Shown here: positions 24,308 through 24,817 of the stretch, one piece after another
Numbering within the stretch: the first letter of the stretch is position 1
How the letters are laid out: each line of letters begins with the position of its first letter
DNA from: Nitrosopumilales archaeon
Lineage (GTDB): Archaea; Thermoproteota; Nitrososphaeria; Nitrososphaerales; Nitrososphaeraceae
Assembly (NCBI GenBank): GCA_044507735.1
Contig: JBIQJB010000016.1
Span: 1 to 24,817, forward strand
Length of the DNA stretch: 24,817 bases
Direction of reading: 5' to 3'
Notes under the pieces: model-generated
Databases searched by the model: none
What the model was told of the DNA's origin: nothing
The model's input: only the letters and a program-made list of their open reading frames with translations
Position numbers and translations under genes: made by a program

Positions 24308-24817
24308 CTAAGCCTGTTTGTCCTCGAACTTGAGCTTGATTAGGTTCTGGCCACCTGCCTTGCGTATCTCCACCAGCTCCTCTCGCTCAAGCCTCTTGAC
24401 CAGCCGCCATATCGTGGTCTTGGGCAGCTGGAACTTGGTTCTGATCTCGCTTTCAAACGCGGCCCCTTCCTTTTCTGCAAGGAACTTTAACACTTGCTGG
24501 TCTTCGGGCCTGAGGTGCGCCCTTTCTTCGAGTATCTTGGTGACTATTCTTCCAAGGAATGACTTGTCAAGCTGAGAATCCGGGACCGTGGCTGGTTCTG
24601 CCACCGTGGGCACATCGTTTCGCATAGATAGGTCCTCGACAGCAGGATTCGCAACTTTCTCTTCTTCTTCTTCTCGTGTTATCCTTGCTATTACTCTTCC
24701 AAAACCTTCTCTGATCAGACGTACGGCTTCTTCTTTAGTGATATTGGGTTGCATTAGAGCCTCATCGATGCGTTCGATGTTTAAATCTAGCTTTATACCG
24801 ATATCTTTATCGAAGCT
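24308..24817 (-). CDS. protein with C-terminal winged HTH (MarR-like/COG2512-type), 5' partial
   Basis: LRPEDQQVLKFL...G...ESEIR....LPKTTIWRLVKRLER..LVEI.K.G..N.I; the frame stays open upstream of ATG 24754 to the window edge (SFDKDIGIKLDLNIERIDEAL). Confidence 0.85.
   Translation of the reverse strand, partial: SFDKDIGIKLDLNIERIDEALMQPNITKEEAVRLIREGFGRVIARITREEEEEKVANPAVEDLSMRNDVPTVAEPATVPDSQLDKSFLGRIVTKILEERAHLRPEDQQVLKFLAEKEGAAFESEIRTKFQLPKTTIWRLVKRLEREELVEIRKAGGQNLIKLKFEDKQA

Overview
Archaeal chromosomal window, most likely from a Nitrososphaera-like ammonia-oxidising thaumarchaeote. This is inferred from the gene set: split MetH, stand-alone RAM domain, archaeal RtcB/uS11/Alba, and BHB-intron tRNAs without encoded CCA. 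It is mostly housekeeping: thermosome 3' end, class V PLP enzyme, cyclase, two-gene methionine synthase, AsnRS, Nudix, Zn-ADH, phosphohexomutase, ThiL, uS11, PDCD5-like protein, RtcB, PurB, a CBS protein and four intron-containing tRNAs (Lys-UUU, Thr-CGU, Phe-GAA, Met-CAU). No transposase, integrase or CRISPR array was seen. The main oddities are: (1) a small 3-TM protein resembling the eukaryotic oligosaccharyltransferase subunit DC2/OSTC (OST3/OST6 family); (2) an Alba domain fused to an acidic repeat linker and an H1-like basic tail; (3) three of four tRNAs with C in place of the near-invariant U54/U55, plus a non-canonical 30/31 intron; (4) a wHTH gene with a palindromic operator wedged between the two metH halves; (5) an internally deleted ArsB/NhaD transporter pseudogene; (6) several small zinc-finger proteins, one missed by the ORF track. 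All family calls come from motifs recognised by eye; no searches were run.
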